DNA from: an uncultured Chthonomonadaceae bacterium
GTDB taxonomy: Bacteria > Armatimonadota > Chthonomonadetes > Chthonomonadales > Chthonomonadaceae
Direction of reading: 5' to 3'
Assembly (NCBI GenBank): GCA_963817895.1
Contig: CAWFQB010000005.1
Location: 672,001-736,000, forward strand
DNA length: 64,000 bases
Made by a program: the position numbers and the translations under genes. Every line of letters begins with the position of its first letter. Within the stretch, counting starts at the first letter, position 1. The notes beneath the pieces were generated by a model that saw only the letters and a program-made list of their open reading frames with translations, did not search any database and was not told the origin of the DNA. Positions 53,187-63,351 of this stretch are shown piece after piece.

Positions 53187-53471
53187 TTGATGGAGAATTT
53201 TGTAATGGCAGAACAATCTTCATGGGACGCGGGCAAGGAATTTGTGTTGAAGATGTTGCGGTGGGTTTTTAGACTTCCACAAGCCTCTATCACTCATAAG
53301 GAAGCTGTTAAACTTGCGTGTCGTGTGGCCTGTACTGAGGGGAATATTCCTACTAATCCTTGGATATCCAAACATGGACTGAGATACTGTGTAGTAACGA
53401 TGCACCAGCGTAAAGGCAACAATAGCCATTATATCGTTGACCTTGTGAGCGTCACTGCCGAACATGTGTAA
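53187..53471 (+). CDS. Hypothetical protein
   Basis: AT-rich short ORF. Confidence 0.35.
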   Translation: MMENFVMAEQSSWDAGKEFVLKMLRWVFRLPQASITHKEAVKLACRVACTEGNIPTNPWISKHGLRYCVVTMHQRKGNNSHYIVDLVSVTAEHV

Positions 53472-53512
53472 ACCCAATGCAAGCGCGTGAGTTGGATAAC
53501 CATTTGCTAATA

Positions 53513-53794
53513 TTAGCCCTGCGACCCTTCCAGCAGTCTTTTTCCTGCCATCTGAATTGCCTGCACAACCTGCTCACGCGTGACAGTGGGAAAACATTCG
53601 AGAAACACATCAATGTTTTCGCCGCCCGCAAGGTAGTCCCATAAATCTTGAACAGGAACCCGTGTCCCGGTGAAGCAGGGAACGCCGCCCATGCGTTCCG
53701 CGTCAATGGAAACCACTATGGAACGTGGGTCGAACGGCGATACTTGTTCGGTGTTTGTTTTATCCAAAACTGGCAGAATGGTTGCTGAACTCAT
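53513..53794 (-). CDS. DUF433 antitoxin-like protein
   Basis: MGGVPCFTGTRVPV..FL..FP. Confidence 0.9.
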   Translation of the reverse strand: MSSATILPVLDKTNTEQVSPFDPRSIVVSIDAERMGGVPCFTGTRVPVQDLWDYLAGGENIDVFLECFPTVTREQVVQAIQMAGKRLLEGSQG

Positions 53795-53843
53795 GAAGCG
53801 CCTCCCTCTGAACTTTCTCTATGATACAGGAATCCAGACATAG

Positions 53844-54767
53844 CTATTTTGCCTGTCGCTGCCGGTGAATAGCGTCCAGCAAATGATAAGGGGCCGCTTC
53901 GCCGTCGAGGATACTGAGGTCGGCGCGTTCTACCGCGCCGAGTTTCACTTTGGGCTTGACCGTTGGGCCGTGAAAGTCGGACCCGCCCGATGTCAGCAGG
54001 CCGTGCCGCGCCGCCAGATCAAGGTAACGCGCCGTGTCTTGGAGGGAATGAAGATTGTACCGCGCTTCGATGCCGTCCAGTCCTTTTTCCCGTAACTGTA
54101 GAATGTAGTTTTCCGTCTCTTCGTTTGTGCCGCATTTGCAGTTGTTGGGGTGCGCCAGTATCGCCACGCCGCCCGCGTCATGGATCAGTCGAATGGCCTC
54201 TTCCGCCGTCACTTTCTCTTTCGGCACGTTGCCCTTCGCGTTTTCCGCCAGATACTCGTTGAACGCCTCCTGTACGCTGCCCACAAGCCCCTTTGCGATC
54301 AGCACTTTGGCGAAATGTGGACGCGCGATAATATCGCCGCCCGCTTCGGCTTCCACTTCCGCCAGCGTAATGTGAATATTTCGGCTTTTCAGTTCGTCAA
54401 GACTGTTCAGTTTTTCCACCATCAGGGCGTTGCGGTTCACGCGCTTGTGCTGAATGTCGCGCAGGCGGTTGAGCAGCTTGGGATTGCGCGGATCAATGCC
54501 CAATCCGAGGATATGGCACTGCCCCCGCTCCCTTGATGTGTTTTCAATCTCCGCGCTCAATTCTATGCCCGGTATTACCTCTACGCCCAGCCGCTTCCCC
54601 GCTTCCAGCGCTTCGGCAACGCCATTCGTCGTATCATGGTCGGTGACGGCAATCGCGGCCAGTCCTGCGGCTTTCGCCAGTTCGATAAGCTGCGTGGGCG
54701 ACTGGTCGCCGTCCGAGGCGGTGGTATGCGCGTGAAGATCAATTCTGCGCGTGTCAAGTTCCGGCAT
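53844..54767 (-). CDS. PHP-domain phosphoesterase
   Basis: DLHAHTTASDG, TDHD, AHP, GGSDFHG. Confidence 0.9.
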   Translation of the reverse strand: MPELDTRRIDLHAHTTASDGDQSPTQLIELAKAAGLAAIAVTDHDTTNGVAEALEAGKRLGVEVIPGIELSAEIENTSRERGQCHILGLGIDPRNPKLLNRLRDIQHKRVNRNALMVEKLNSLDELKSRNIHITLAEVEAEAGGDIIARPHFAKVLIAKGLVGSVQEAFNEYLAENAKGNVPKEKVTAEEAIRLIHDAGGVAILAHPNNCKCGTNEETENYILQLREKGLDGIEARYNLHSLQDTARYLDLAARHGLLTSGGSDFHGPTVKPKVKLGAVERADLSILDGEAAPYHLLDAIHRQRQAK

Positions 54768-54863
54768 GGCAAACTCCTGTGTAGGGAGTAGGTTGTAGGT
54801 TGTAGGGAGTAGGGACAATGCTGTTATGTATTTTCCTACTCCCCACTCCCTACAACCTACTCC

Positions 54864-55412
54864 CTACGTTATCAATCCTTCATCCGTCAAATGCTTTACA
54901 ATACGGGCAACGGATTCCTCAATGGTTTCCTGACTGGTCAGGGCTACAATGTCTGGATGTTCCGGGGCTTCATAGGGATCGGAAACGCCGGTAAAATGTT
55001 CGATTTCGCCTGCCAGCGCTTTTTTGTACAGCCCTTTCACATCGCGTTCCACAAGCGCGTCGAGGGGCGCGTGGGCGTACACTTCCACAAAAGTGGCGTG
55101 GCCTTCGTTTTCGGTTGCCGCCCGGATTTCATCGCGTACCTCCGCATAGGGAGAAATGGCGGCGGTGATGGCGATCACGCCGTTCCGCGCCAGTACCCGC
55201 GCCACCCATCCGATACGCCGAACATTCGTATCCCGGTCCTCTTTGGAGAAGCCAAGCCCTTTGGATAAATGTTCGCGCACCTCGTCCCCGTCCAGTAACT
55301 CTACTTTATAGCCCCTGCGGGTAAATTCCTGCATGATATTGTCAGCAAGCGTGGATTTGCCCGCGCCTGACATACCCGTAAACCACAGAATAAATCCTTT
55401 GTGCGAATCCAT
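54864..55412 (-). CDS. cysC: Adenylyl-sulfate kinase
   Basis: [34 protein letters not shown]. Confidence 0.95.
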   Translation of the reverse strand: MDSHKGFILWFTGMSGAGKSTLADNIMQEFTRRGYKVELLDGDEVREHLSKGLGFSKEDRDTNVRRIGWVARVLARNGVIAITAAISPYAEVRDEIRAATENEGHATFVEVYAHAPLDALVERDVKGLYKKALAGEIEHFTGVSDPYEAPEHPDIVALTSQETIEESVARIVKHLTDEGLIT

Positions 55413-55443
55413 ATTCCTCCTGACTCCTAACCTGAAGAGCGTG

Positions 55444-55472
55444 TTGACAAACCGGCGCGATTGTACTATAAT
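55444..55472 (+). promoter_or_regulatory. Consensus sigma70 promoter for cysH
   Basis: TTGACA, 17 bp spacer, TATAAT. Confidence 0.8.
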
Positions 55473-55521
55473 CTTATCAGATTAGTCAACTTTATTTCCC
55501 GCTGCGGTGGGAGGTCAGGAA

Positions 55522-56247
55522 GTGTCGCATGACCGCGCAAACAATGGTTTCTCGCTACTCCGCCGAAGAGCTTCAGCTCTGAGTTTAACCTTTGAAGACA
55601 AGTCGCCCGAAGAGATTCTGCGTTGGGCGGTGGATCAGTATGGTTCCCGATTGACGATGGCAACCGCGTTCGGCGCCGAGGGGTGCGTTCTGCTGGCGAT
55701 GCTGGCGGACATTCCCGGCGCAAAGGAAGCGCGTATCTTCAATCTGGAAACCGGCTACCAATTTTCGGAGACTCTGGAACTGCGCGAACGCATCCGCGAA
55801 CACTACGGCATCACGGTCGAATACGTCAGCGCGTATGAGTCGGTGGAAGAGATGGAACGCCGATTGGGTGGCCCGATTTACGGCACAAACCCGGACGAGT
55901 GCTGCCGTATCCGCAAAATTGAGCCACTGAAGAACGCTCTTGTCGGCTACGACGCCTGGATTTCCGCCATTCGCCGCGACCAGACGCCCGACCGCGCCCT
56001 TGCCGACATTTTTGAATGGGACAAGAAGTTCAATCTCGTTAAAGTAAACCCGCTCGCCAACTGGACCAAGCGCGACGTGTGGGACTACATCCTGCGCAAC
56101 GATGTTCCCTATAACCCCCTGCACGATCAGGGCTACCCCAGCATCGGTTGCCGCCACTGCACCCGCGCTGTTGCTGTAGGGGGAAACGACCGCGACGGGC
56201 GCTGGACGAACTTCGCCAAAATGGAATGCGGTCTGCACACCCGGTAG
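55522..56247 (+). CDS. cysH: (Phospho)adenylyl-sulfate reductase, Fe-S (APS reductase) type
   Basis: ETGY.F.ET, CC..RK, SIGC..CT, ECGLH. Confidence 0.9.
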   Translation: MSHDRANNGFSLLRRRASALSLTFEDKSPEEILRWAVDQYGSRLTMATAFGAEGCVLLAMLADIPGAKEARIFNLETGYQFSETLELRERIREHYGITVEYVSAYESVEEMERRLGGPIYGTNPDECCRIRKIEPLKNALVGYDAWISAIRRDQTPDRALADIFEWDKKFNLVKVNPLANWTKRDVWDYILRNDVPYNPLHDQGYPSIGCRHCTRAVAVGGNDRDGRWTNFAKMECGLHTR

Positions 56248-56255
56248 GAGAATTC

Positions 56256-56470
56256 ACCACCCGCTGCGCTAGAGACACAGAGGCACAGAGAGGGAACACA
56301 GAGGAAGAAAAGGAGAAAAGGAGAAGAGGAGAAGAGGAGAAACAGGGAACAATCAGCAGTCTGCGTTCTTCGTTGCTAATCCTGTTCCATCCTGTTAATC
56401 CTGTCTATTTCCCTCGTGTTTTTCTCTGTGTGTCCTCTCTGTGTCTCTGTGTCTCTAGCGCAGCGGGTGG
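56256..56470. repeat. Nested intergenic palindrome
   Basis: ccacccgctgcgctagagacacagag ... ctctgtgtctctagcgcagcgggtgg. Confidence 0.85.
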
Positions 56471-56995
56471 TTAGATCACTCTTCTCGCCACGAGCAGGGA
56501 TGCGATGGTTTTGGCGTCCTGCACTTCGCCGGACAGGACGAGTTGTTCGGCCTCTTCCAGTGGCATCGTCACCAGTTCCAAATCTTCGCCCTCGTCGAAA
56601 TGGGTCTGTGTTTTGGTCAGTCCGGTGGCGAGATAGGCGTGGATGAGTTCCGTCGAGTAACCGGGCGCGACAAAGGTAGTGAACAGGGGGCGCAGGTTCG
56701 CGGCCTTGTAGCCGGTCTCTTCTTCCAGTTCGCGCAGGGCGCAGGCGTCTGGGTCCTCGTCCTTCTCCAGCGTTCCCGCCGGAACTTCCAGCAGCACTTT
56801 GCCCGCCGCCAGCCGGAACTGCTTCACGAGCAGGACGGTTCCGTCTTCCATGAGCGGCACGATGCACACCGCGCCGCCGTGCGAAACGATTTCCCGTTTT
56901 GCCTCGTTACCATTCGCCAATCGTACCGTATCCACATGCAGATGCACGATTCTGCCCTTGTAAATCTCTTCGCTGCTGATGACCGTTTCCGCCAT
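56471..56995 (-). CDS. NUDIX hydrolase (ADP-ribose pyrophosphatase-like)
   Basis: EVPAG..E....CALRELEEETG. Confidence 0.9.
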   Translation of the reverse strand: MAETVISSEEIYKGRIVHLHVDTVRLANGNEAKREIVSHGGAVCIVPLMEDGTVLLVKQFRLAAGKVLLEVPAGTLEKDEDPDACALRELEEETGYKAANLRPLFTTFVAPGYSTELIHAYLATGLTKTQTHFDEGEDLELVTMPLEEAEQLVLSGEVQDAKTIASLLVARRVI

Positions 56996-57161
56996 TGTCC
57001 TCGCCTCCCCAAATCTAGTTTGCTGTTCTTCTCTAATCTGAGCAGAACTTTCCCTATTGTACCCCTGACGCTGCCCGCAAAGACTGGAAAGCGCAATTTA
57101 CTTTTTTCGCGTCCGTAAGCGATATAGCAGGATATATATCAGGCAAGGAGAAGTTACGCGA

Positions 57162-57731
57162 GTGTCAGAACAAATATGGTTCACATCGGACAGTCATCAC
57201 GGGCATGCCAATATAATTAAGTTTTCGCAGCGTCCGTTTGCGGATGTGAATGAGATGAACGAGGCGCTGATTGAGAACTGGAACGCGGTTGTGGGCGAAA
57301 AGGATGTCGTGTATCATTTGGGCGATATTTTCATGCTGCCGACCACGCAGGCGATACAGATACGCCGCCGCCTGAAGGGGCGCATTTGCCTGATACGGGG
57401 CAACCACGACAAGACCGCCGATTCCATAAAGGACGCTTTCGAGTGGATTAAGGACTACTACGAACTGAAAGTGGACGATGAGGACGCGCCTGATGGCAAG
57501 CGGCGCATTGTGCTGTGCCACTACGCTTTTCGGGTCTGGAACAAGTCCCATCACGGGGCATGGCATTTATACGGCCACAGTCACGGGTCGCTTCCCGACG
57601 ATCCGAACAGCCTGTCATTTGATGTGGGCGTGGACTGCCACCACTACATGCCTATTTCCTACGAGCGCGTCAAGCGCGTCATGGCGGCAAAACACTTCGT
57701 CCCCGTAGACCATCACGGGGCGCGAGAATAG
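57162..57731 (+). CDS. Calcineurin-like metallophosphoesterase
   Basis: SDSHHGH, LGD, GNHD, GHSH. Confidence 0.9.
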   Translation: MSEQIWFTSDSHHGHANIIKFSQRPFADVNEMNEALIENWNAVVGEKDVVYHLGDIFMLPTTQAIQIRRRLKGRICLIRGNHDKTADSIKDAFEWIKDYYELKVDDEDAPDGKRRIVLCHYAFRVWNKSHHGAWHLYGHSHGSLPDDPNSLSFDVGVDCHHYMPISYERVKRVMAAKHFVPVDHHGARE

Positions 57732-57750
57732 CGCTATGTGTTGTGGAGGG

Positions 57751-58368
57751 CTATGACAGGTCGGCGTTGCCGCGCTGCCGTTTGTAGTGGGCGGCAACCT
57801 TGGATCGGTTGCCGCACATGCTCATGCTGCACCAGCGGCGCTTGTGGTTTTTGGAAACATCATAAAAGTACAAAATGCAGGCCGGATTTTCGCATTTGCG
57901 CAGATACGACAAGTCTCCCCCGGCAAGCAAGTCGGCTGCGGAAGCCGCTACGGGCGCTAACAGCGACAGACTTGTTTGCCATGCGAAATAAAAGGTTTTC
58001 ACATAACCCTGCTCGGTTTTAACCAGTCCAGCGTGGCCCCTGCTTTCCGTCAGGCGATGATTTATGCAGTCGAGAATATCCTTTGAAACGTCTGCGCCCT
58101 GCGTTATCTGCTCGGCCATGCGCCGCAGCTGCGCGCGGAATGACAACGCCGCCCGTAGCGTGGCTTCCTTTTCCTCCCCACTCCACGCGCTTTCCACGTT
58201 CGAGAACCCAGCTTCACTGATAACGTCTGCTGTAACAAGCCAGTCCCGCAAGTCCGCAAAATCGTTGATGAGACTGACTCGTCGCCCCTTCGCGATAATG
58301 TCCGTGTTGATAAAATCGAGGCACAAAGCATTCCCCAAAAACAAGAACGGGATGTTATCCGTTTTCAC
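57751..58368 (-). CDS. ABATE / CGNR zinc-finger regulator
   Basis: LDFINT; CENPAC..FYD.S....RRWCSM..CGNR. Confidence 0.9.
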   Translation of the reverse strand: MKTDNIPFLFLGNALCLDFINTDIIAKGRRVSLINDFADLRDWLVTADVISEAGFSNVESAWSGEEKEATLRAALSFRAQLRRMAEQITQGADVSKDILDCINHRLTESRGHAGLVKTEQGYVKTFYFAWQTSLSLLAPVAASAADLLAGGDLSYLRKCENPACILYFYDVSKNHKRRWCSMSMCGNRSKVAAHYKRQRGNADLS

Positions 58369-58565
58369 GGCACAAACTCCTTCTTTCCAGACTCCGCCTT
58401 CCAATTTCCTGATTTCGTCCTTCAACTATTACGGCTCAAAATAGCCTGTGAAAAATAATTAGCAGATTTACGACGAATTTAACACTAAAACGCTCTAACT
58501 TGTATTATACTGTATTGGCAGTTAGTTTGCCACGATCTCGTTTTTTCAAGCAAAGGAGCTATTCT

Positions 58566-59108
58566 ATGTCTCGTTTGACCGCCATTGATCCTACACAGGC
58601 CCAGGGTACGGCCAAAGACCTGCTCGACGCCGTGCAGGGCAAGCTCGGCATTACGCCCAACATGATGCGTACTATGGCCCAATCGCCCGCCGTACTGGAG
58701 GGCTATCTGAGTTTCAGCGGCGCGCTTGCCAAAGGCACATTAAGCGCCGCGCTACGGGCGCAGATTGCTCTGGCCGTTGCCGAGCAGAATGGCTGCAACT
58801 ACTGCCTGGCCGCGCACAGCGCATTGGGTAAGATGGCAAAACTGGATGACGAGAGTATTCTCGCCAGCCGACAGGGTAATGCCGCTGACCCGAAGGCGCA
58901 GGCCGCTTTGCGATTCGCCCATACCCTGATTTCCAGACACGGCGCGGTATCGGAAGAGGATGTCGCGCAAGCGCGCGCAGCCGGTTTCACGGAGGGCGAG
59001 ATCGGTGAAATCATTGCCAATGTCGCTCTGAACATCTTCACCAACTACTTCAACACCGCCGCGCAAACTGACATTGACTTTCCCAAAGTGCAAGTCCTGT
59101 CCCGGTAA
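58566..59108 (+). CDS. Carboxymuconolactone decarboxylase / AhpD-like peroxidase
   Basis: NGCNYCLAAH; TDIDFP. Confidence 0.9.
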   Translation: MSRLTAIDPTQAQGTAKDLLDAVQGKLGITPNMMRTMAQSPAVLEGYLSFSGALAKGTLSAALRAQIALAVAEQNGCNYCLAAHSALGKMAKLDDESILASRQGNAADPKAQAALRFAHTLISRHGAVSEEDVAQARAAGFTEGEIGEIIANVALNIFTNYFNTAAQTDIDFPKVQVLSR

Positions 59109-59211
59109 CAAGTGGCATCAGAAGCCGCTTCAACGCTAATACTGCGGAAAGGAAGCGGACTGAGTTTTAGTTCGCTTCCCGACGCTCTTACCCTTATCGG
59201 CAAAATTCGCT

Positions 59212-59625
59212 ATGTCTACTATCATTTCTCCACCTTTCACCGAAGAAACGGCGCTCGCCAAAGTGCAGGCCGCCGAAGACGCCTGGAACACGCGCGACCC
59301 GGAGCGCGTCGCGCTTGCCTACACCGAAGACAGCCATTGGCGCAACCGCGACGAGTTCTTTCAGGGACGCGAAGCGATCAAAGCCTTTCTACGCCGCAAA
59401 TGGGCGAAGGAGTTGGAGTATCGCCTGAAAAAAGAATTGTGGTGCTTCACGGGAAACCGCATTTCGGTACGGTTCGAATATGAGTGGCGAGATGCTGCCG
59501 GACAATGGGTTCGTTCGCATGGCAACGAGCATTGGGAGTTCGCGGAGAACGGCTTGATGCAGCGCCGGGATGCCAGCATCAACGATATGCCCATACAGGA
59601 GACTGAACGCCGCTATCGTCCTTAA
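59212..59625 (+). CDS. DUF1348 NTF2-like protein
   Basis: PPFT.ETA..KV..AEDAWN; RDASIND. Confidence 0.9.
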   Translation: MSTIISPPFTEETALAKVQAAEDAWNTRDPERVALAYTEDSHWRNRDEFFQGREAIKAFLRRKWAKELEYRLKKELWCFTGNRISVRFEYEWRDAAGQWVRSHGNEHWEFAENGLMQRRDASINDMPIQETERRYRP

Positions 59626-59812
59626 AAAATAATACGCTATATAGCATGAATTCCGCAATAAAATGTTTAATAGATGAGGGCTATCCACTTTCGGCGGGAG
59701 ATTGCCCCGCACAATCGGGATGCTTTTTCTTCAAACCTCCTGAGCGCAAAGCGGCGTTCAGGTTTTGGGCGTTGAAAATGCCCGTGTATATAGATCACAG
59801 GAGAATCACGAC

Positions 59813-60757
59813 ATGCGCCTGCGCACTGTAGCGCCATTGCTCGCAATGGCAATGGGAATGTTCATGGAGCCTGCCCACGCTCAACTCTCGAACTTCGAAA
59901 TCACGCTTACCAATCTCACGCCCACCATCAGTTTCGACGCGACGGATACCATTAGCCCGCCCAAAGCTCCCATGTTCCGGGCGAAAAACGATTTCTCTTC
60001 GCAGGTCTTCACGCAGCCTGTTTTCGCCACGCACGACAGCAGCTATACCCTGTGGCGAGCGGGACAGGCGGCGTCTACCGGGACGCAGTCCGTTGCGGAA
60101 AACGGATTGACCAAGCAGCCCGGCAACTTCGGCAACCCGGTTTATCTGGTTGGAGATTTGGCTTCGCATCAGGCGAGTAATGGCGGCAACGGCAGCGTAT
60201 TGTCCGTCCGCGAGGTTGCCAACCCCAATTTCAATCCGTCCAATCAATGGCACAACGCGGGCGGGAATGCGCCGGGAAGTTTCACGCCGCCATTCCCGAT
60301 AATGAACTGGGTTCCCTCACAGACCAGTGTTATGTTCAACATCGCTACCGATGCGGCGCACCCGCTATTGTCCGGCGAGTTTATGCTGGTTCGCACCAAT
60401 GACGGCTTTTCCGGCCTTGACAGCATCAACCTGTTCAATTTGCCGGGCGGTTCCGAAACGTTCGACATCTATGCCTATGACGCAGGTACGGAAGTCAACA
60501 CTGAAGCGCAAAGCGATCTGGTCTTCTGGAACAGCATCCCCAGCGGCCATACCGCCGAAAACGGCGTGATTACGCTGCATCCCGGCATTCAGGGATTGAA
60601 CGGAGGCTTTCTCAGCCCCTTTGCCTGGAACACGGCCCTGCCAGTCGGACGCATCACCGTGACCGCCGTTCCCGAACCAAGCAGCATGTGCCTGTTTGTG
60701 GCGGCAGGCATGTCCACGTTCCTGCTGTCCCGCCGCCAAAAGCGCCGGGCGCGTTAA
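59813..60757 (+). CDS. Spondin_N-domain PEP-CTERM protein
   Basis: Signal peptide; P.FATH, VAENG, TNDGF.GL, AYDAGTE.N; VPEPSS + TM + RRQKRRAR. Confidence 0.85.
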   Translation: MRLRTVAPLLAMAMGMFMEPAHAQLSNFEITLTNLTPTISFDATDTISPPKAPMFRAKNDFSSQVFTQPVFATHDSSYTLWRAGQAASTGTQSVAENGLTKQPGNFGNPVYLVGDLASHQASNGGNGSVLSVREVANPNFNPSNQWHNAGGNAPGSFTPPFPIMNWVPSQTSVMFNIATDAAHPLLSGEFMLVRTNDGFSGLDSINLFNLPGGSETFDIYAYDAGTEVNTEAQSDLVFWNSIPSGHTAENGVITLHPGIQGLNGGFLSPFAWNTALPVGRITVTAVPEPSSMCLFVAAGMSTFLLSRRQKRRAR

Positions 60758-60897
60758 AGCCACTTCCAAATAGCCAGGCGCTTTCAGTACTCGGCCTGTA
60801 TTTCACAGCACATGTTTCAATCCCTGACACTCCGCAGGCCATGCAGCCAGGGATTTCTAACCCCTGGCGAAAATGTGTCCGGTAGTAAAAGAGGTTC

Positions 60898-61872
60898 TTA
60901 TTCGCGGGAAGACCGGGGCGCGTCAGCAGGGGTGAGCGGGATGGGATGCAGCAGTCCGCGCTGAAAACTCCGCGATTCGGTGACGCGCAGGCGTTCGGGC
61001 AGAATGTAGGGGAACCGCAGCCCCTGCGACCCTTCCGCCGGATATGTGGACCCGGCGTACTGCACGGTATATTTGCGGGCCGAAGCATCCGAGCCGAACG
61101 CGATTTTGACAACCGGGGTTTTGGTCTCCGCAATGCCGTGCAGAACCGACCATTCCACAGGCCAGTTCAGCATCTCTTCCAGCCAGCCGATAACCTCCGC
61201 GTGTCCCGCGCCGCGTCCAATCGCGATATAAGCGTCCGCCTGTTCCCGCGTCGCGGCGCAGTCGAAGCGGCAGGGCAAATGCGGCACGGCGCGCGCGCCC
61301 AGCGAACGCAGCAGAACATTGCCCGGTAACGGCCCGGTAACACGCCAGGTATCGGGCGCGATTTCTTCCTTTTGGACTGTGTTCAGCGTCATGGGCCATG
61401 TAGGGTCCACAAACCGGTCGCGATACCAGATTTGCTCGAAAAACGCATGGCAGCAGGCCGGACAGCCTACCATCCGCGCCACTTCCGCCCTGTCGTCGCG
61501 CTGCCAGGCCGCCGCTAAGTCCTCCACATTTTCCAGCGCCCCCACCGCCACACGGTAACGGAGGGGAGTCGCGCCCGTATCGCGCGCCGCGTAGTGCGTT
61601 CCCCCGTCCAGGCCTTCCAGAATTCTCAGGTGCAGCCTGTGCCGCGCGCCCTGTTCGCGCAGGTGTTCCAGTTCCCCCGCATAAACCACCACCCGCATAC
61701 ACGGACGCAAGCCCTCCGCGACGGACAGCAGTTCCCATTCCTGCCAGGCGGCGATAAGACGATCCACGCGGGGCTGCCACACTTCGCGCGCCCGGTCGCT
61801 GACCCATGAAAAGCGGGTAAAGTCCGGCAGACGAAAATCAAGACGCTCCATCGTTTCTGTAAATGATTGCAT
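60898..61872 (-). CDS. Cys-rich accessory protein of the radical SAM operon (DUF483-like motifs)
   Basis: VGCPACCHAFF and HLPCRFDC; co-oriented 73 bp downstream of the rSAM gene. Confidence 0.7.
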   Translation of the reverse strand: MQSFTETMERLDFRLPDFTRFSWVSDRAREVWQPRVDRLIAAWQEWELLSVAEGLRPCMRVVVYAGELEHLREQGARHRLHLRILEGLDGGTHYAARDTGATPLRYRVAVGALENVEDLAAAWQRDDRAEVARMVGCPACCHAFFEQIWYRDRFVDPTWPMTLNTVQKEEIAPDTWRVTGPLPGNVLLRSLGARAVPHLPCRFDCAATREQADAYIAIGRGAGHAEVIGWLEEMLNWPVEWSVLHGIAETKTPVVKIAFGSDASARKYTVQYAGSTYPAEGSQGLRFPYILPERLRVTESRSFQRGLLHPIPLTPADAPRSSRE

Positions 61873-61945
61873 TTCCGCTCCCTTTCCGCCCGTCAAAAGC
61901 AAAGGCTACCGCCCGAACACCCGAATACCTGAACACCCGCATTGT

Positions 61946-63115
61946 TCAGGCTTTGACCGCAACGGCCCGCATCGCTTCCAGCGTTTCTTCCATTGTCGGG
62001 TTGCTGCCCCGGCCCCACGCTTCCAGCATGGCTCGTTCGAGGTATATCCGGTTTGGCTGCGCGGAAATCGGGAAACTTCCCCGATCCAGCAGACGCTCTT
62101 CGACGTGGCGAAACAGTTTTTTCCAGATGTCGCAGTGTTCCGTGCGGTTGCGCCAATCGCCGTCAATGGCCGTGCCGGGACACTGCCCTTTGCACACAAG
62201 AAAAAAGCGGCAATCCCTGCATCCGCCATGCGCCTGCGGCGTGTGGTACAGCGCGATGTAACGCTCGTAGCCGGAACGGGAGGCTTTGGTGAAATCTATG
62301 CCGTCCTTGTTGGTGCGCCCGCAATTGCTGCGCTGCCCGTGTCCCTCTATGCCCTGTACAGCCGCCGTCGTATAAGGGTCGCAGGCCATCCATACGCACG
62401 TCGCCTGCCGATCCTTTCCCGCCAGCAGGCGTTCCATATCGGAGAACAGGTCGAATCGCAAATGGGATAGCGACGACTCCATTTCGGCAAAATGCAGCAG
62501 CGCACCGATATTTTCCGGCGCGTTCAGCGCGTATTTGCGGCGAATGAACTCGTTTTCCACTTCCAGAATGTGCAGCCGCGCGCTCGTGATGCCCATAGCG
62601 TCACATTCGCGGAACCACGCTTCCATGCGCGGCAGTTTGTCCCCGGTGGCATTGTTGCGGTGCAGGGTCACAATCAGGCTTGGCGGTGTCCCCTCTTCGC
62701 ACAGGCGGCGAATGGCCTGATGCGTTTTCGCGCTCGCTTCCCGCGTTTTCGCCAGATTGCCGGCCCAGCGCGCATCGTTGAGTTCGTCAGGCCCGTCTAC
62801 CGAAATTCCGACGTGGACGTTGTACTTTCGGAACAGGCGGATGTGATTTTCGCTGACCAGCGTTCCGTTCGTTTGAACGGAATTGGTCCCGAACTGCTCC
62901 AGCCCCCACGCCCACAATTCTTCCAGGTCATTATCGTGAATCAGCAGCGGTTCCCCGCCGAACAGGGTAAACGCGCCGCTTTTCAATACCGCCTGCTTCA
63001 TCGCCTCCATATCATACGATTGGGTCAGATTGCCCGCGTCCCGTTGCGGATTCTGGTAGCAGTACTGACACCCGATATTACAGTTGACGCCCAATGGCCT
63101 CAGTTCAACGCCCAT
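61946..63115 (-). CDS. Radical SAM/SPASM peptide-maturase-like enzyme
   Basis: CNIGCQYC, GGEPLL, QTNG, SVDG; SPASM C-x4-C..C..CRDC-x5-C-x3-C..C; RBS GGGGAG. Confidence 0.9.
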   Translation of the reverse strand: MGVELRPLGVNCNIGCQYCYQNPQRDAGNLTQSYDMEAMKQAVLKSGAFTLFGGEPLLIHDNDLEELWAWGLEQFGTNSVQTNGTLVSENHIRLFRKYNVHVGISVDGPDELNDARWAGNLAKTREASAKTHQAIRRLCEEGTPPSLIVTLHRNNATGDKLPRMEAWFRECDAMGITSARLHILEVENEFIRRKYALNAPENIGALLHFAEMESSLSHLRFDLFSDMERLLAGKDRQATCVWMACDPYTTAAVQGIEGHGQRSNCGRTNKDGIDFTKASRSGYERYIALYHTPQAHGGCRDCRFFLVCKGQCPGTAIDGDWRNRTEHCDIWKKLFRHVEERLLDRGSFPISAQPNRIYLERAMLEAWGRGSNPTMEETLEAMRAVAVKA

Positions 63116-63351
63116 GATTGTTGCTCCCCGCGCAAAAAGGATGAAGGGTGAAGGATGAAGGATGAACAGCCTCCCATTCATCCTTCATTACTCAGCATCT
63201 CTATCAACTATCAACTATCAACTGCTTATGGACAAACCAGATAAAGATTGTACTATGGCGGGGTTCCGAGTGTTGAAAACACCCGTCTGAGTGGCGTTCC
63301 GCCAAGCGTCCTACGGACGCGGGATTGTACAATGTCCAAGTGGTTTGTCCA

